DNA of 26,715 bases from a virus. Lineage: Duplodnaviria > Caudoviricetes. Both the position numbers and the translations under genes were made by a program. The stretch covers positions 1 through 26,715 of IMG/VR virus record IMGVR_UViG_3300024247_000018. One strand, given 5' to 3'. Below the pieces are notes generated by a model. It worked only from the letters and a program-made list of their open reading frames with translations. It did not search any database and had not been told where the DNA came from. How positions within the stretch are numbered: the first letter of the stretch is position 1; each line of letters opens with the position of its first letter. Below are positions 17,164-26,715 of the stretch, piece by piece.

Positions 17164-17766
17164 TTATCCTGTCAAACTCTGTACTCTTACTGTATAATCA
17201 ATCTGTATCAAACGGTTAAGTGACTTTTGTACAGGATGGAAAATAACATGAGTAATCAGTCTGCCAGAGCCATCAGGACTATAACTTTTTAACCCTAATT
17301 CATCAAATACATAAACATCATTTGTGTTACTTGCTGTATCAAATGCCTGTTGTCCATCTGGTTCTCCGTAATCTAGTAAACAACTTACAAGAATATCGGT
17401 ATAGTTTGTTCCACTTAAATGCCTTGTTTCAATTTTATTCCTTGTAGGATCTATATTGTTTACACTAGCATCATCAACAACTTTAGTAAAAGTCTGATTG
17501 TAAAGTGCTGCATTTGTTCCTGTTGAGTTTGGTGTTAAGTATGTTATAATACCTGTTGGATCAATGTTTGTTCCTCCATTACCAAAACTCATCTCATATA
17601 TAAATCCTTCGCCTGCATTTGCAAGACTTTCAGCTAATGCAATGCTCATGTTTTCATAATGGATTGCATTACGCTTGTTAATGTATACCTCTTGTGATTC
17701 AGGGTCAAATATTTTAATGTGACCTTGTACTAATATTCCATGATTTTCTTGCATTATATTATCCAA
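17164..17766 (-). CDS. Conserved-looking virion structural protein (baseplate region)
   Basis: 200-aa ORF between the giant wedge gene and the fibre genes; motifs NAIHYENMS, FGNGG, FDELGL, HVIFHPVQKSLNR. Start may be TTG 17766 or ATG 17754. Function from context only. Confidence 0.6.
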   Translation of the reverse strand: MDNIMQENHGILVQGHIKIFDPESQEVYINKRNAIHYENMSIALAESLANAGEGFIYEMSFGNGGTNIDPTGIITYLTPNSTGTNAALYNQTFTKVVDDASVNNIDPTRNKIETRHLSGTNYTDILVSCLLDYGEPDGQQAFDTASNTNDVYVFDELGLKSYSPDGSGRLITHVIFHPVQKSLNRLIQIDYTVRVQSLTG

Positions 17767-17780
17767 ATTATCCTATACTG

Positions 17781-17787
17781 TATTTAT
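17781..17787 (-). promoter_or_regulatory. Putative late promoter element ATAAATA
   Basis: TAATAAATACAGTATAGGA directly after the stop codon of the giant gene and before the 17766 start. Confidence 0.5.
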
Positions 17788-20700
17788 TAAGGTTGTTCAT
17801 ATGTGCCAGCACGTAAGAATCTTGCTATTGAATTTTGTGAATTTCCTAGCATCTCGTTGTCCTTAGTCCATACTTGACCTTGTCTTTTTATTATTGTAAC
17901 CCTTGAATTTTCTTGTGGAGTATCTAATAACGTTATTGTGTTATTTTCTGTATCAACACTAAACTCTGCTGGTAAAATTATGTCTCCGGCTGGGCTGGTT
18001 AAGGCCTTATTCTGATCAAATACAGCTATTTCATTTTTACGCAACCGCTTACCAGCAGCAAATACTTCAATTTCGTTAATACTATCTATATTATATCCTA
18101 TAGTAAACGTAGTGCTTGCACCGTCGGCAATTAGATTTGCAACTAAATTTTGATCTTTGTAAGGTACAGTTTTATCTTTGTTTTGATTAAATACCTTTTG
18201 GCCAGTAATGTGAATCTCTGGCACTCCGGTGCCTAGTGTTCCTCTTCTTATCTGGCGTAATGTATTTTCTTCTTTAACAAAATATTCTATTCTTTCACCG
18301 TTAATGAAAATGATGCCTGGAAGATTTTTTCCTTTGTCAGGCATTGGCAAATCTTCTCCATTTTTTACTTCTATTCTAAGATCATTATATGCCAAATCTT
18401 CTACTAATACTGTAGAATGTGCATCTAGTCTTTTGTAGTGCGTTCTATTAAGTATATCTTTGAACTGTCTGTATGCAAATCCTTCTACTGTTAGATTTGC
18501 AGTAAAATGAATTATTTCTATTGTGTCATTTTCGTTTGGAATAGTTTCTAATCGCAATCTCATTTTGTCGTCAGTAATAAAATAATCAACACTAGGTGTT
18601 AACAACTCTCCATTTTTATTGACCCAGACATATTGTGCATCAATAGCAGGAGCTCTTAATTGTATTTCACCTGCTGTTAGTCTAAAGTATGTGCTTAGTT
18701 CAGTGTCAGTAATGAGTGCTTCTCGTTTTACAATATCATATTGTATTTTTTCTATTTCCTTTAAGTTATGATTACTAAATTGTGTAACATAGATATTTGC
18801 GTTATTAGCAGGAGTATCTTTAAGTGTAATTTGATTTCCGCTAATAATGTACTCGCTCTCGGCTATATTGTAAACTTCAATTGTATCGCCTGGTTGTCCG
18901 TACTCATCTCCTAGTATGATAGAACTATTAGAAATATCTAAGCGCCATTCTGTTGGTGTAAAAATTTGCTGTCCGTTTAAAAAGACTAGCATAGTTTCTG
19001 CATCCAAAGACCCTGCCGGCTGTTGGAATAATTCTAACTGATATTCTCTTTGGTTGTTTTCAGGTATGACAAAGTTCTTACTATACCCACTATTAAGAAC
19101 TTTTTGATCAACTCGTACAACAGTATTATGTTCAGTAGGAAGTGCATAAAATGGTGCTTGGCCTAATGTAAATACTTCTTGGCTGCCTGTTGCTACAAAT
19201 TCATCAGTAATAATTTGACTATAATTAACAGTTTCATTGTCTGACAATATTGTATAATTTAATGTTTGTCCTAGCGTTGCTGGATCAGTAAGTCTAAATG
19301 CTAGTCTATTATCACCTTCAACAATTGTTGAATAATCGAATATAGTTATGTCTTGTATATCACCGTTTAGAGTTACACTTAGAGCAGTTTTATCAGTGTA
19401 TTCGTAGTCTATTACAAAATCATATTGCTCTTGTTCTGTTATTAGTAATTCTCCACTGTCTATTATGTTAGTAGATGTAGTATCTTCTTGTAATATAATA
19501 GACAAAGTTTTGCGAGCTTCTACATCTACCGTTAGCTGTTTTGCTGGCCAGTTTACATTAAATTCTGACTTATCTAATAACTTACCATCATATTTTACAA
19601 GTATACTATCTATAGTTCCCGGAAGTATATCAAAATTATAAGTAAATGATCCTGTACTTCGTGTTCTAAAGTTTTTGCAAGTTATTAATCCTTGACTACC
19701 AGACTTTCTTGTAAAAACCTTTAAGTCTAATGTATCAAAAACAGATCCTGGCACTAATTCTTCTGTTTTTGCTCGAGAAGTAGAAACAAACAAATCACCG
19801 TCTGTGATTATTTCTTCTGCATTTATACCTGCTGCTGTAGTATAAGCTAAATCTCCGCCTTGTAAAGCACTATCATAGCTGTCTAAATCAGGAGCAACAC
19901 TACCGTCACTTGTAATTTTTCTTACAACTAATACGTCTCCGTCATTTAATGCTATTCCTAAATTTTGAGTTTCAATAATTGTAGTATTACCATCACCTAT
20001 GATACTATTAACTATTGCATAAGAATTTGTAGCTGCATCTTCGTCAAACTTAGGATCGTCAATTCTTACCCCATTTCTATATAAATTATAAACTACGTCT
20101 TCTTCAAGAGGAGCTCTTAGTTCTACAGCAATTGTAGAGCCATCAGATATAAAAATTTCGTCCTCAAACGTATTCTCATATATGTCCCATGCGTCTGTAT
20201 ACCAAGGTTGACTGTCCCATCCGCTTGGTCCGCCAAAATCAAAACTTTTTACTTCAACGCCGCCGTAATCTATGCCTGTCATTAATTGATTTAGATCTTT
20301 ACCAAACATATTGTTTGTAGGATTATATGCAAATTTTATTCTATCTGCTGCATCTAACAAACTTAATGGTTTATAATATTCCACTCTGATTGCAGCATTC
20401 GATGCTGGAGGTGTAGCAAATAAAATATTACCTTGTTCATAGGTGTAATCTTCTACTTTTTCAACATTACTTGCAACGTAAGTACTTCGTAACATTTCTT
20501 GATCATTTACAAACACTTTAATTTTATTTTTATTTAAATCTAAAGGCCATTTAAGATCAAAGTTAGCATCGATACCCGAACTAGTAAATGTTTCACTTAG
20601 GAACAAATCTTCAACAAAATAATCTCCAGATACTCTATCAAATTTAACTTTTATACTAGGTGTCCTTATTAAGCTTTTTCCTAGGATTGCAAATGCAGTT

Positions 20701-23700
20701 GCAATTTCACCGTCATCAGTTTGTGACCCTTCTAAAGTAATCTTAGGAGGAGTTATAAACATTCCTCCTGGATTACGAACTATAATTTTTGTAACTTTAC
20801 CGTATCCGATAAATGCTTCGGCTTCTGCTTTAGAATTATTATCTTCAATAATTACTTTAGGAGGAAATATATATCCAGATCCTGCATTTTTAATTTTTAT
20901 TTCTAGTATTTGAGCGCCGATATTATCTGTGAAGAATTTTCGTGGATATTCATCTAAAACAGTATCTACTTTTATAAGTTTATCTTCTTGTATTGTAGAT
21001 TTAATTGCTTCTATTTGTTTAGTAACATCATTATAATACGGACCTGCGTCAAAATCTGTAACTGCTGTATTTGTAGGTTCTAATCTATTATGTCTTGTAA
21101 CGAACTCACGTATTTTGCTGCTATACGGTTTTACTTCTTCTACATAATCTCTAAAATATGATAAATTATCATTTCTAAATGTTGCAGGTTGATCTAAGTC
21201 TCCTACATTGTGATTAATCTTGATAAAACTAGTTTTAAATGCCCAATCTAGTGTAGGTTGTTCTGCAACTGCATAGCGTAATCCGCAGAAGAATAAATTT
21301 GTATATTCATAAGCAAGATCATTTACAAATATCTTATCTCTTAATGTTTCAAATATTATTCTAAGTTCTCTAGAGGGATTATTATCAAATAGTACACTAT
21401 CAAAACTTCTATTATCGTATCCCACTGTTGTAGTTACATTGTCATACAATGTAGACAAAAGTGTTATAGTTCCTTTTTCTCGTCCTATCGTTTCGTAATC
21501 TACAGAATAATCTTCACTATTACTAGAACCGACTCTTTTTAATAAAAGCCAGCCGGATCCGCCAATATTTTTAATTTTAATAATACTATTAAATTCTGGA
21601 TTAATTGTTTGTAATTGATAAGAAGCATCGATTTCATAGTTTATATTTGTAAATTGGTTATATCCCGGTGCATACCAATCCTTGTAATCCCAGTATTTTG
21701 TTACATCAAAGCCTTGACTTAACCGACGGAACCAATTTTTTTGTATTTCGTTGTATCCATATACACTCCATATACTGTTTGCAGTAGAATCTGATTTTAC
21801 AAGTACACTAAATTTACGTACAGTAATACTTGTATCTGGGCCATAACCGGATCCTTGAGAAATAATTGTTGCACCTGTAACATTGCCTAAACTATTGATT
21901 ACTAATTCTATTTGTGCGCCGGTGCCTTTGCCGCGCAGTTCAATAGAAGGCGGAACTTTATAACCTCTGCCAGACGAAATTACATCAATCCTTATTATTT
22001 TTCCATTTGAAATAACTGGCTGCAATTTTGCTTGAGCAACGTTGTTGGTACTTACAAACTGTAGTTCTTCAAAAGTGTCTACAGTTGTGTCATACTCTCT
22101 CGATACTATGCTAGGAGTTTCATCAGTCAATAATAAATCAGAAATATCATAATCGTCAACTATTAATAATTCTTCAAACTTAAAATTTATTCTCTCTATT
22201 GTTTGTTTTAAAGCTTCTGCTCTATTAACAAACATTGTTTGACGAGGCTGATTAAGTATACCATACTTTTGTCTTTTTGGTAAGCTTATATCAGGAACAG
22301 GCCTATTATTTGTATCAAAGCCTATTAAACTATCAAACCATTTACGCTCAATATCTAAATCTAGTTTAGAATTGCTATCTCCTTCTGATAATAATTTAAA
22401 TTCAACGTGTTCGTTTGAATCTTTAGTAGGATTAGATTTATATTTGACATTAAGAACAATATCATTACTTAATATTAAATTATCAAAATTGTTTAAAATC
22501 ATCCTATTCTGGCCAGTAAAACTAATATATCTATATCCAGTTTCTCTAGGTGTGCGTATTAAGGACTCGATATCAAAAATACTAATTGTTCGATTTTTTA
22601 TTTCAGGTATAGTTCTTTTATTTTTTACCCAAAAGTAATACTTGGTAGAAAAAACTCTTGCTACTTCATCATAAGTTAATTTTGAACTAAATTTACTATC
22701 ACCATAAATTGGTTGTCCACTAATACCAATTTTAATTCCTTTTTCTGTGTCTGCAAGTTTAGAATACTGGCTTGGCAAATAATCCGTTTCTACCCATTCA
22801 TAAACATCTATTGATGCTCCTTCAGTCAATTTTGACCATGTGTTTTTTTGTTCAAGAATTGTTCCTTGGTATGGATAATCAAATCTTGCAGTGCTTATGT
22901 TCCACCAAACTTGTCCTACATGGTCGTCGAACCATGTCTGGTCTGGGTCAACTTCTCTTTCAAGGGTACTGCCAACATTATAATATGCAGGATCACTACT
23001 AGTTTTGTAAGTAATATTTGTTTCTGCGATTCCTGCAATTTTTCCTTGTATTGGATCTATATAATCAACATAAGAAACAATTCTATTTTCTTTTGTGTTA
23101 TACAGATATGCCCCTTCAATTAATTCTAAATTTACTGGTGGAACAATTTGTTTATACTCATTCCATGCTTTTTTACCTTTTGGTTTTCTATAATCTACTA
23201 GAATACCTTTTTCAGTTTCTAGATTATAAAACGGAATGCCTACATAAACGTGGTTATTTTTTGCAAGTAAATTTTTTCCAAATTCTGCTGTAGTACTATC
23301 AAATTTAAATTGCTCGCTGTATATGTAAGAATTATAAAGGTTTTCATAAACGTATACAACACCAGTGTCTATGCCAACATTTCTAAATTCAGTAAATCCT
23401 AGGTCGAATGTAGTTTCGGTTCTTTCTTCTGAATTTGTATCTAGTAAATAACCCGTTAGTCTATTTTCATATGTGTCGAATCTAGTTGGGATCTTTTGAT
23501 CGCCATTTAAGCTTGTAATTAATAAAGTTTCATCAGTAAACCCAATTTCGTAGCCAAAGTTTTCTGCAATTTCCCCTTGTGGGCTATATAAAAATTGTGG
23601 TTCTTGTGATGTAAAAGATCCATTATTTTGAGTGTATACTAAAACTAGTCCTTGTTTATATTTTCTAGTATTATCATTTAGTACACTAATAACTATCTGT

Positions 23701-26700
23701 GTACCATCAGGACTAATAGCTACTTTATGTGCCCAGTTTGTTTTATCTACAAAAACATCAGGAGTAGCATTTGGATTTAACGTTCTTGTACCCGTTGACG
23801 GAGTAGCAATTTCGCCAGCTGTATCCCTATAGACCCAATTGCCGTCTACATCTGTTTCAAATTTATCTAAATCATGATCCTGTAATTCAAACCCACTTAG
23901 TGGCGCTGAAATAGTTTCGTAAAGTTTATACTTACTATCTTCTTTCCTATAAATTGCTATTTTTTTATTTGACGTACTATCTGTAGATTCTAGCAGTGCA
24001 GTAACAACTAATATTTCTCCGTTTTTACTTACATCAAAGCTTTTACTAAATTCAATTATATTTTCATTTGGGTCAAAAACATCTTCACCTAATAAATTAT
24101 TACCTGTTAAGTTAGGCAAGTATCCTAGGTAATCTATACTACTAGAAATTTGTTCCCATAGATTTTCAGTAAACTCTGTTCCTGCTGCAATATTTGTTTT
24201 AGCTGCATAGAACATATTATTATATAAGACTATAGATCCTATTGCATAACCATATGTGTTATCCCAGTTTCCTCTATAGTTTTCGTCGACACCATACTTC
24301 CAACTAATATTGTTCCAAACAACAGAATCTAGAATATTTAATTGTATACCTTCGTCTGTATCTTTATTTGCAACATAAAAGTTGTCTTTATATAGAACAA
24401 TATCACCTCGTTGGTATACAGTAGACTGGTACTCCCCTTTAAATCTATCATTATCGGTCGGGCCATGAGTAAAAACTTCTATACTACCTGGATCAAATCT
24501 TGTAGAAGAATTTAAATCTCCTTTAGATCCAACTAATAGATGGTAGGTATTCCCAAATTTTCTAATTTTAACTTGATCGCCAAAATTTCTTTCATTTTGC
24601 TTATACTGACTTGTTAAAACGTAGTCAAATTCATATAGGCCATTAGGCTGTCGTCTATAGATAATTACAGCACCTTCGTTAGACAATCCGCTAGAAGTTC
24701 CTCTAATATTTGCTGGGATATTATACACTTGAGACCAATCTTTATTTAGACTGTTAGGTGCATTAGATAATCTATTAATGCCGCCTTCTATAGTTTCATC
24801 AAAGAAGTAATATTCTGATTCTAAAATCTCTGCATTGTCTACTGCTATAAACACATCAGTAGGGTCTTGACTATTTTTTTCAAATACTATTAATTTTCCT
24901 ACTTTGTCAGTTCCTAGTATTATACTGTTGTCTACATCCTCTACAGTACCCATTACACGATCGACATCGCCGGAGCCTCTGATTGCTTCATTTGCTAATC
25001 TTCGTATTTGGAATTTACCAATGTTGTTTAGCTGTGTCCATGAACCGGAAAGTACTTTTAAATAAACTCGGACTGAATTAAATTGTTTTCTGTAGCTAAC
25101 AATTTGAGCTGTACTAGTACTTTTACTAGTAAGAGCAAGTCCGCCTTGGCCGTCTCTAGGAAATTGTACATCTTGTATAACATCTCCTACAACAGGTTCA
25201 AATGGCTCACCGACAAAATCAAATTCTGTAAATTCAAAATCTATATACCCGTCCCAAATATCATACAGTTTATTTTCATTATTTAATTCATTAATGTTAT
25301 AACCTTTTGAATTAACATCATCTATAAAAGCTTGTGTTTCATTAAACTTTAATTTTAAAGTTTTGTTATTTTCATTGCCCGGACCTACTAATGCTCCTAT
25401 GTTATCTAATAAATCACTATAAGATTTTCCGACTCGTACTGCCCATAAGTTGCTTTCTTCGTCGGCAATATCACCTCTATAACTTAAATTTGTTAGAAAA
25501 CTAACACGATTTTTATTAAGAACAAAATTACCTATATCACTTACTGTGCTTTGTATATTATAATATACAAAAGGTCTAGTTACATCGTCATTGCTGCTAG
25601 GTCTAGTATCTGCATACACTAATCCCCTACCTATATCTAGGTATCTGCCATTGTTTGCATAAGTGAAACCAGATATTAGATTTCCTTGTTGATCAAACTC
25701 AGCTGTGTTGATGTACCAAAATCCTCCTACAGATGGCGTAGTTGCATAAGTTGATTCTTGAGAATAAAAACCTATAAAGTTACCATTGTTAAGATCAAAT
25801 ATTTCTCCAGTAATATCTATAATACCATTAATGTTTTTCAAATATATTACAGCACTATCTCTATAACTTGCTACGTAAAAAACTTCTCCCGATCCTGTAT
25901 CAGTTTCTACGATTTGACCTACTGTGGGTAAACTAACATATGTTTCTACAAAAAGAATCGAATCTATTTTTTCTATAATTTCGTGTTCTTGATTTAAAAA
26001 TTCGGGTGTAATTTCTGATATCTGGTTATCAAAAGGCAAATATTCATCGAGTGTAGGATATGCATAGCTTACTGAGTTCCATGCTAAACTAACTTTGTCG
26101 CCAGGTTGATCACCAATTTGACCTTTTGTTCCTATATACATGTCTAAAGGAGCACGTACTAATATATGGTCTATATTTCCTGTTGGTAATCCAAATTTAC
26201 CCGAAACTAAGAGCTGTAAATTAGTACTATCTGTATCATCTCTTGATGTTAAATCGATATAGCTATCAAAAGTAGAAAATGGCTGTGTTCCTATCTGAGG
26301 GAACACAGTTAAATTTGCTTGCCAAAAAGTTTCTCTAAATTTTACAACATCATGTTTTAAATATTCTACATCAGGATTAAAGTCGCCTAGATATTTTGTT
26401 TTTACGCCAGATGCATTTGGAACTCCGATTACTAAATATTCACCGTCGCTGCTTACATCAATGCTTGCTCCATATTGATCGAAGTAATCCATATAGCCAT
26501 TAGGAGAATCAATTTCTGTCCATTTAAAACTATTAAAAGTTTCTTCACTAGTATAGCGTTCATCGGGCTGTAATGTCAAATTAAGTAGATAATATTTGTC
26601 ATCGTATCTTATTCTTGCACCGTTTCTATATTCCGTAAATGGTTTCCAATCTGATATTTCGTCAAATGATAAAACTTGTTGTAATTGCAAGTTTGCATTT

Positions 26701-26714
26701 TCATTTGACCTTTT
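17787..26714 (-). CDS. Giant baseplate-wedge-like structural protein (5' end outside the window)
   Basis: The frame stays open upstream of the called TTG at 26690 (KRSNENANLQLQQ...) to the window edge, so the protein is >2,970 aa. Contains FG-GAP-like blades (YGASIDVSSDGEYLVIGVP, FSKSFDVSKNGEILVV, VAISPDGTQIVIS), CBM5/12-like modules, GSGY repeats and VKPYSSKIREF. Wedge identity inferred from motifs and position. Confidence 0.7.
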   Translation of the reverse strand, partial: KRSNENANLQLQQVLSFDEISDWKPFTEYRNGARIRYDDKYYLLNLTLQPDERYTSEETFNSFKWTEIDSPNGYMDYFDQYGASIDVSSDGEYLVIGVPNASGVKTKYLGDFNPDVEYLKHDVVKFRETFWQANLTVFPQIGTQPFSTFDSYIDLTSRDDTDSTNLQLLVSGKFGLPTGNIDHILVRAPLDMYIGTKGQIGDQPGDKVSLAWNSVSYAYPTLDEYLPFDNQISEITPEFLNQEHEIIEKIDSILFVETYVSLPTVGQIVETDTGSGEVFYVASYRDSAVIYLKNINGIIDITGEIFDLNNGNFIGFYSQESTYATTPSVGGFWYINTAEFDQQGNLISGFTYANNGRYLDIGRGLVYADTRPSSNDDVTRPFVYYNIQSTVSDIGNFVLNKNRVSFLTNLSYRGDIADEESNLWAVRVGKSYSDLLDNIGALVGPGNENNKTLKLKFNETQAFIDDVNSKGYNINELNNENKLYDIWDGYIDFEFTEFDFVGEPFEPVVGDVIQDVQFPRDGQGGLALTSKSTSTAQIVSYRKQFNSVRVYLKVLSGSWTQLNNIGKFQIRRLANEAIRGSGDVDRVMGTVEDVDNSIILGTDKVGKLIVFEKNSQDPTDVFIAVDNAEILESEYYFFDETIEGGINRLSNAPNSLNKDWSQVYNIPANIRGTSSGLSNEGAVIIYRRQPNGLYEFDYVLTSQYKQNERNFGDQVKIRKFGNTYHLLVGSKGDLNSSTRFDPGSIEVFTHGPTDNDRFKGEYQSTVYQRGDIVLYKDNFYVANKDTDEGIQLNILDSVVWNNISWKYGVDENYRGNWDNTYGYAIGSIVLYNNMFYAAKTNIAAGTEFTENLWEQISSSIDYLGYLPNLTGNNLLGEDVFDPNENIIEFSKSFDVSKNGEILVVTALLESTDSTSNKKIAIYRKEDSKYKLYETISAPLSGFELQDHDLDKFETDVDGNWVYRDTAGEIATPSTGTRTLNPNATPDVFVDKTNWAHKVAISPDGTQIVISVLNDNTRKYKQGLVLVYTQNNGSFTSQEPQFLYSPQGEIAENFGYEIGFTDETLLITSLNGDQKIPTRFDTYENRLTGYLLDTNSEERTETTFDLGFTEFRNVGIDTGVVYVYENLYNSYIYSEQFKFDSTTAEFGKNLLAKNNHVYVGIPFYNLETEKGILVDYRKPKGKKAWNEYKQIVPPVNLELIEGAYLYNTKENRIVSYVDYIDPIQGKIAGIAETNITYKTSSDPAYYNVGSTLEREVDPDQTWFDDHVGQVWWNISTARFDYPYQGTILEQKNTWSKLTEGASIDVYEWVETDYLPSQYSKLADTEKGIKIGISGQPIYGDSKFSSKLTYDEVARVFSTKYYFWVKNKRTIPEIKNRTISIFDIESLIRTPRETGYRYISFTGQNRMILNNFDNLILSNDIVLNVKYKSNPTKDSNEHVEFKLLSEGDSNSKLDLDIERKWFDSLIGFDTNNRPVPDISLPKRQKYGILNQPRQTMFVNRAEALKQTIERINFKFEELLIVDDYDISDLLLTDETPSIVSREYDTTVDTFEELQFVSTNNVAQAKLQPVISNGKIIRIDVISSGRGYKVPPSIELRGKGTGAQIELVINSLGNVTGATIISQGSGYGPDTSITVRKFSVLVKSDSTANSIWSVYGYNEIQKNWFRRLSQGFDVTKYWDYKDWYAPGYNQFTNINYEIDASYQLQTINPEFNSIIKIKNIGGSGWLLLKRVGSSNSEDYSVDYETIGREKGTITLLSTLYDNVTTTVGYDNRSFDSVLFDNNPSRELRIIFETLRDKIFVNDLAYEYTNLFFCGLRYAVAEQPTLDWAFKTSFIKINHNVGDLDQPATFRNDNLSYFRDYVEEVKPYSSKIREFVTRHNRLEPTNTAVTDFDAGPYYNDVTKQIEAIKSTIQEDKLIKVDTVLDEYPRKFFTDNIGAQILEIKIKNAGSGYIFPPKVIIEDNNSKAEAEAFIGYGKVTKIIVRNPGGMFITPPKITLEGSQTDDGEIATAFAILGKSLIRTPSIKVKFDRVSGDYFVEDLFLSETFTSSGIDANFDLKWPLDLNKNKIKVFVNDQEMLRSTYVASNVEKVEDYTYEQGNILFATPPASNAAIRVEYYKPLSLLDAADRIKFAYNPTNNMFGKDLNQLMTGIDYGGVEVKSFDFGGPSGWDSQPWYTDAWDIYENTFEDEIFISDGSTIAVELRAPLEEDVVYNLYRNGVRIDDPKFDEDAATNSYAIVNSIIGDGNTTIIETQNLGIALNDGDVLVVRKITSDGSVAPDLDSYDSALQGGDLAYTTAAGINAEEIITDGDLFVSTSRAKTEELVPGSVFDTLDLKVFTRKSGSQGLITCKNFRTRSTGSFTYNFDILPGTIDSILVKYDGKLLDKSEFNVNWPAKQLTVDVEARKTLSIILQEDTTSTNIIDSGELLITEQEQYDFVIDYEYTDKTALSVTLNGDIQDITIFDYSTIVEGDNRLAFRLTDPATLGQTLNYTILSDNETVNYSQIITDEFVATGSQEVFTLGQAPFYALPTEHNTVVRVDQKVLNSGYSKNFVIPENNQREYQLELFQQPAGSLDAETMLVFLNGQQIFTPTEWRLDISNSSIILGDEYGQPGDTIEVYNIAESEYIISGNQITLKDTPANNANIYVTQFSNHNLKEIEKIQYDIVKREALITDTELSTYFRLTAGEIQLRAPAIDAQYVWVNKNGELLTPSVDYFITDDKMRLRLETIPNENDTIEIIHFTANLTVEGFAYRQFKDILNRTHYKRLDAHSTVLVEDLAYNDLRIEVKNGEDLPMPDKGKNLPGIIFINGERIEYFVKEENTLRQIRRGTLGTGVPEIHITGQKVFNQNKDKTVPYKDQNLVANLIADGASTTFTIGYNIDSINEIEVFAAGKRLRKNEIAVFDQNKALTSPAGDIILPAEFSVDTENNTITLLDTPQENSRVTIIKRQGQVWTKDNEMLGNSQNSIARFLRAGTYEQP
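20730..22005 (-). repeat. Two pairs of 'I..I.I...GSGY...P.I' repeats (~21820..22005 and ~20730..20910)
   Basis: IIRIDVISSGRGYKVPPSI / VTGATIISQGSGYGPDTSI and ILEIKIKNAGSGYIFPPKV / VTKIIVRNPGGMFITPPKI. This repeat type is common in myovirus baseplate proteins. Confidence 0.7.
24148..26651 (-). repeat. Four CBM5/12-like aromatic modules (~26511..26651, ~26307..26387, ~24300..24443, ~24148..24279)
   Basis: DWKPFTEYRNGARIRYDDKYY; DFNPDVEYLKHDVVKFRETFWQA; EYQSTVYQRGDIVLYKDNFYVA; NWDNTYGYAIGSIVLYNNMFYAA...W. All fit the pattern W/F....Y..G..V.Y....Y.A. Confidence 0.65.
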
Positions 26715-26715
26715 G

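Noticed and set aside
1921-25286. All plus-strand ORFs in the track (60-135 aa)
   Set aside because: They lie antisense to long, motif-bearing minus-strand genes, show the composition of antisense shadows and have no recognisable domains.
26688-26690. TTG at 26690 as the true start of the giant gene
   Set aside because: The frame is open to the window edge, there is no RBS, and the upstream residues look like the end of a propeller blade, so the gene is truncated by the window.
1-26715. tRNA, rRNA, CRISPR arrays, intrinsic terminators
   Set aside because: Intergenic gaps are at most 70 nt, and I saw no cloverleaf, spaced direct repeats or GC hairpin followed by a U-tract.

Overview
AT-rich segment of a large (jumbo-type) tailed-phage genome. 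All credible genes are on the minus strand and tightly packed. In transcription order (right to left): a giant 5'-truncated baseplate-wedge-like protein (>2,970 aa; FG-GAP-like propeller blades, CBM5/12-like modules, GSGY repeats); a 200-aa structural protein; three paralogous fibre-like proteins sharing an N-terminal anchor but with different C-termini; and two paralogous 'FNxGGEIR' virion proteins. A near-consensus sigma70 promoter then precedes a translationally coupled glycan-related operon: two GT8-like paralogues, a CBM-like repeat protein, a GT2-like protein, a GT10/GT-B-like protein, an SGNH-like hydrolase and a 3'-truncated Twitch radical SAM enzyme. The most unusual signal is a ~120-aa Trp/Tyr-rich domain (Y-x-[WL]-DDWY-x-EF...GTRYGL...GIAYW...[DN]RG). 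It is inserted in frame at three unrelated sites in the two FNxGGEIR proteins, one copy nested inside another copy that itself splits a Calx-beta-like repeat. All family assignments come from motif recognition by eye; no database searches were run.
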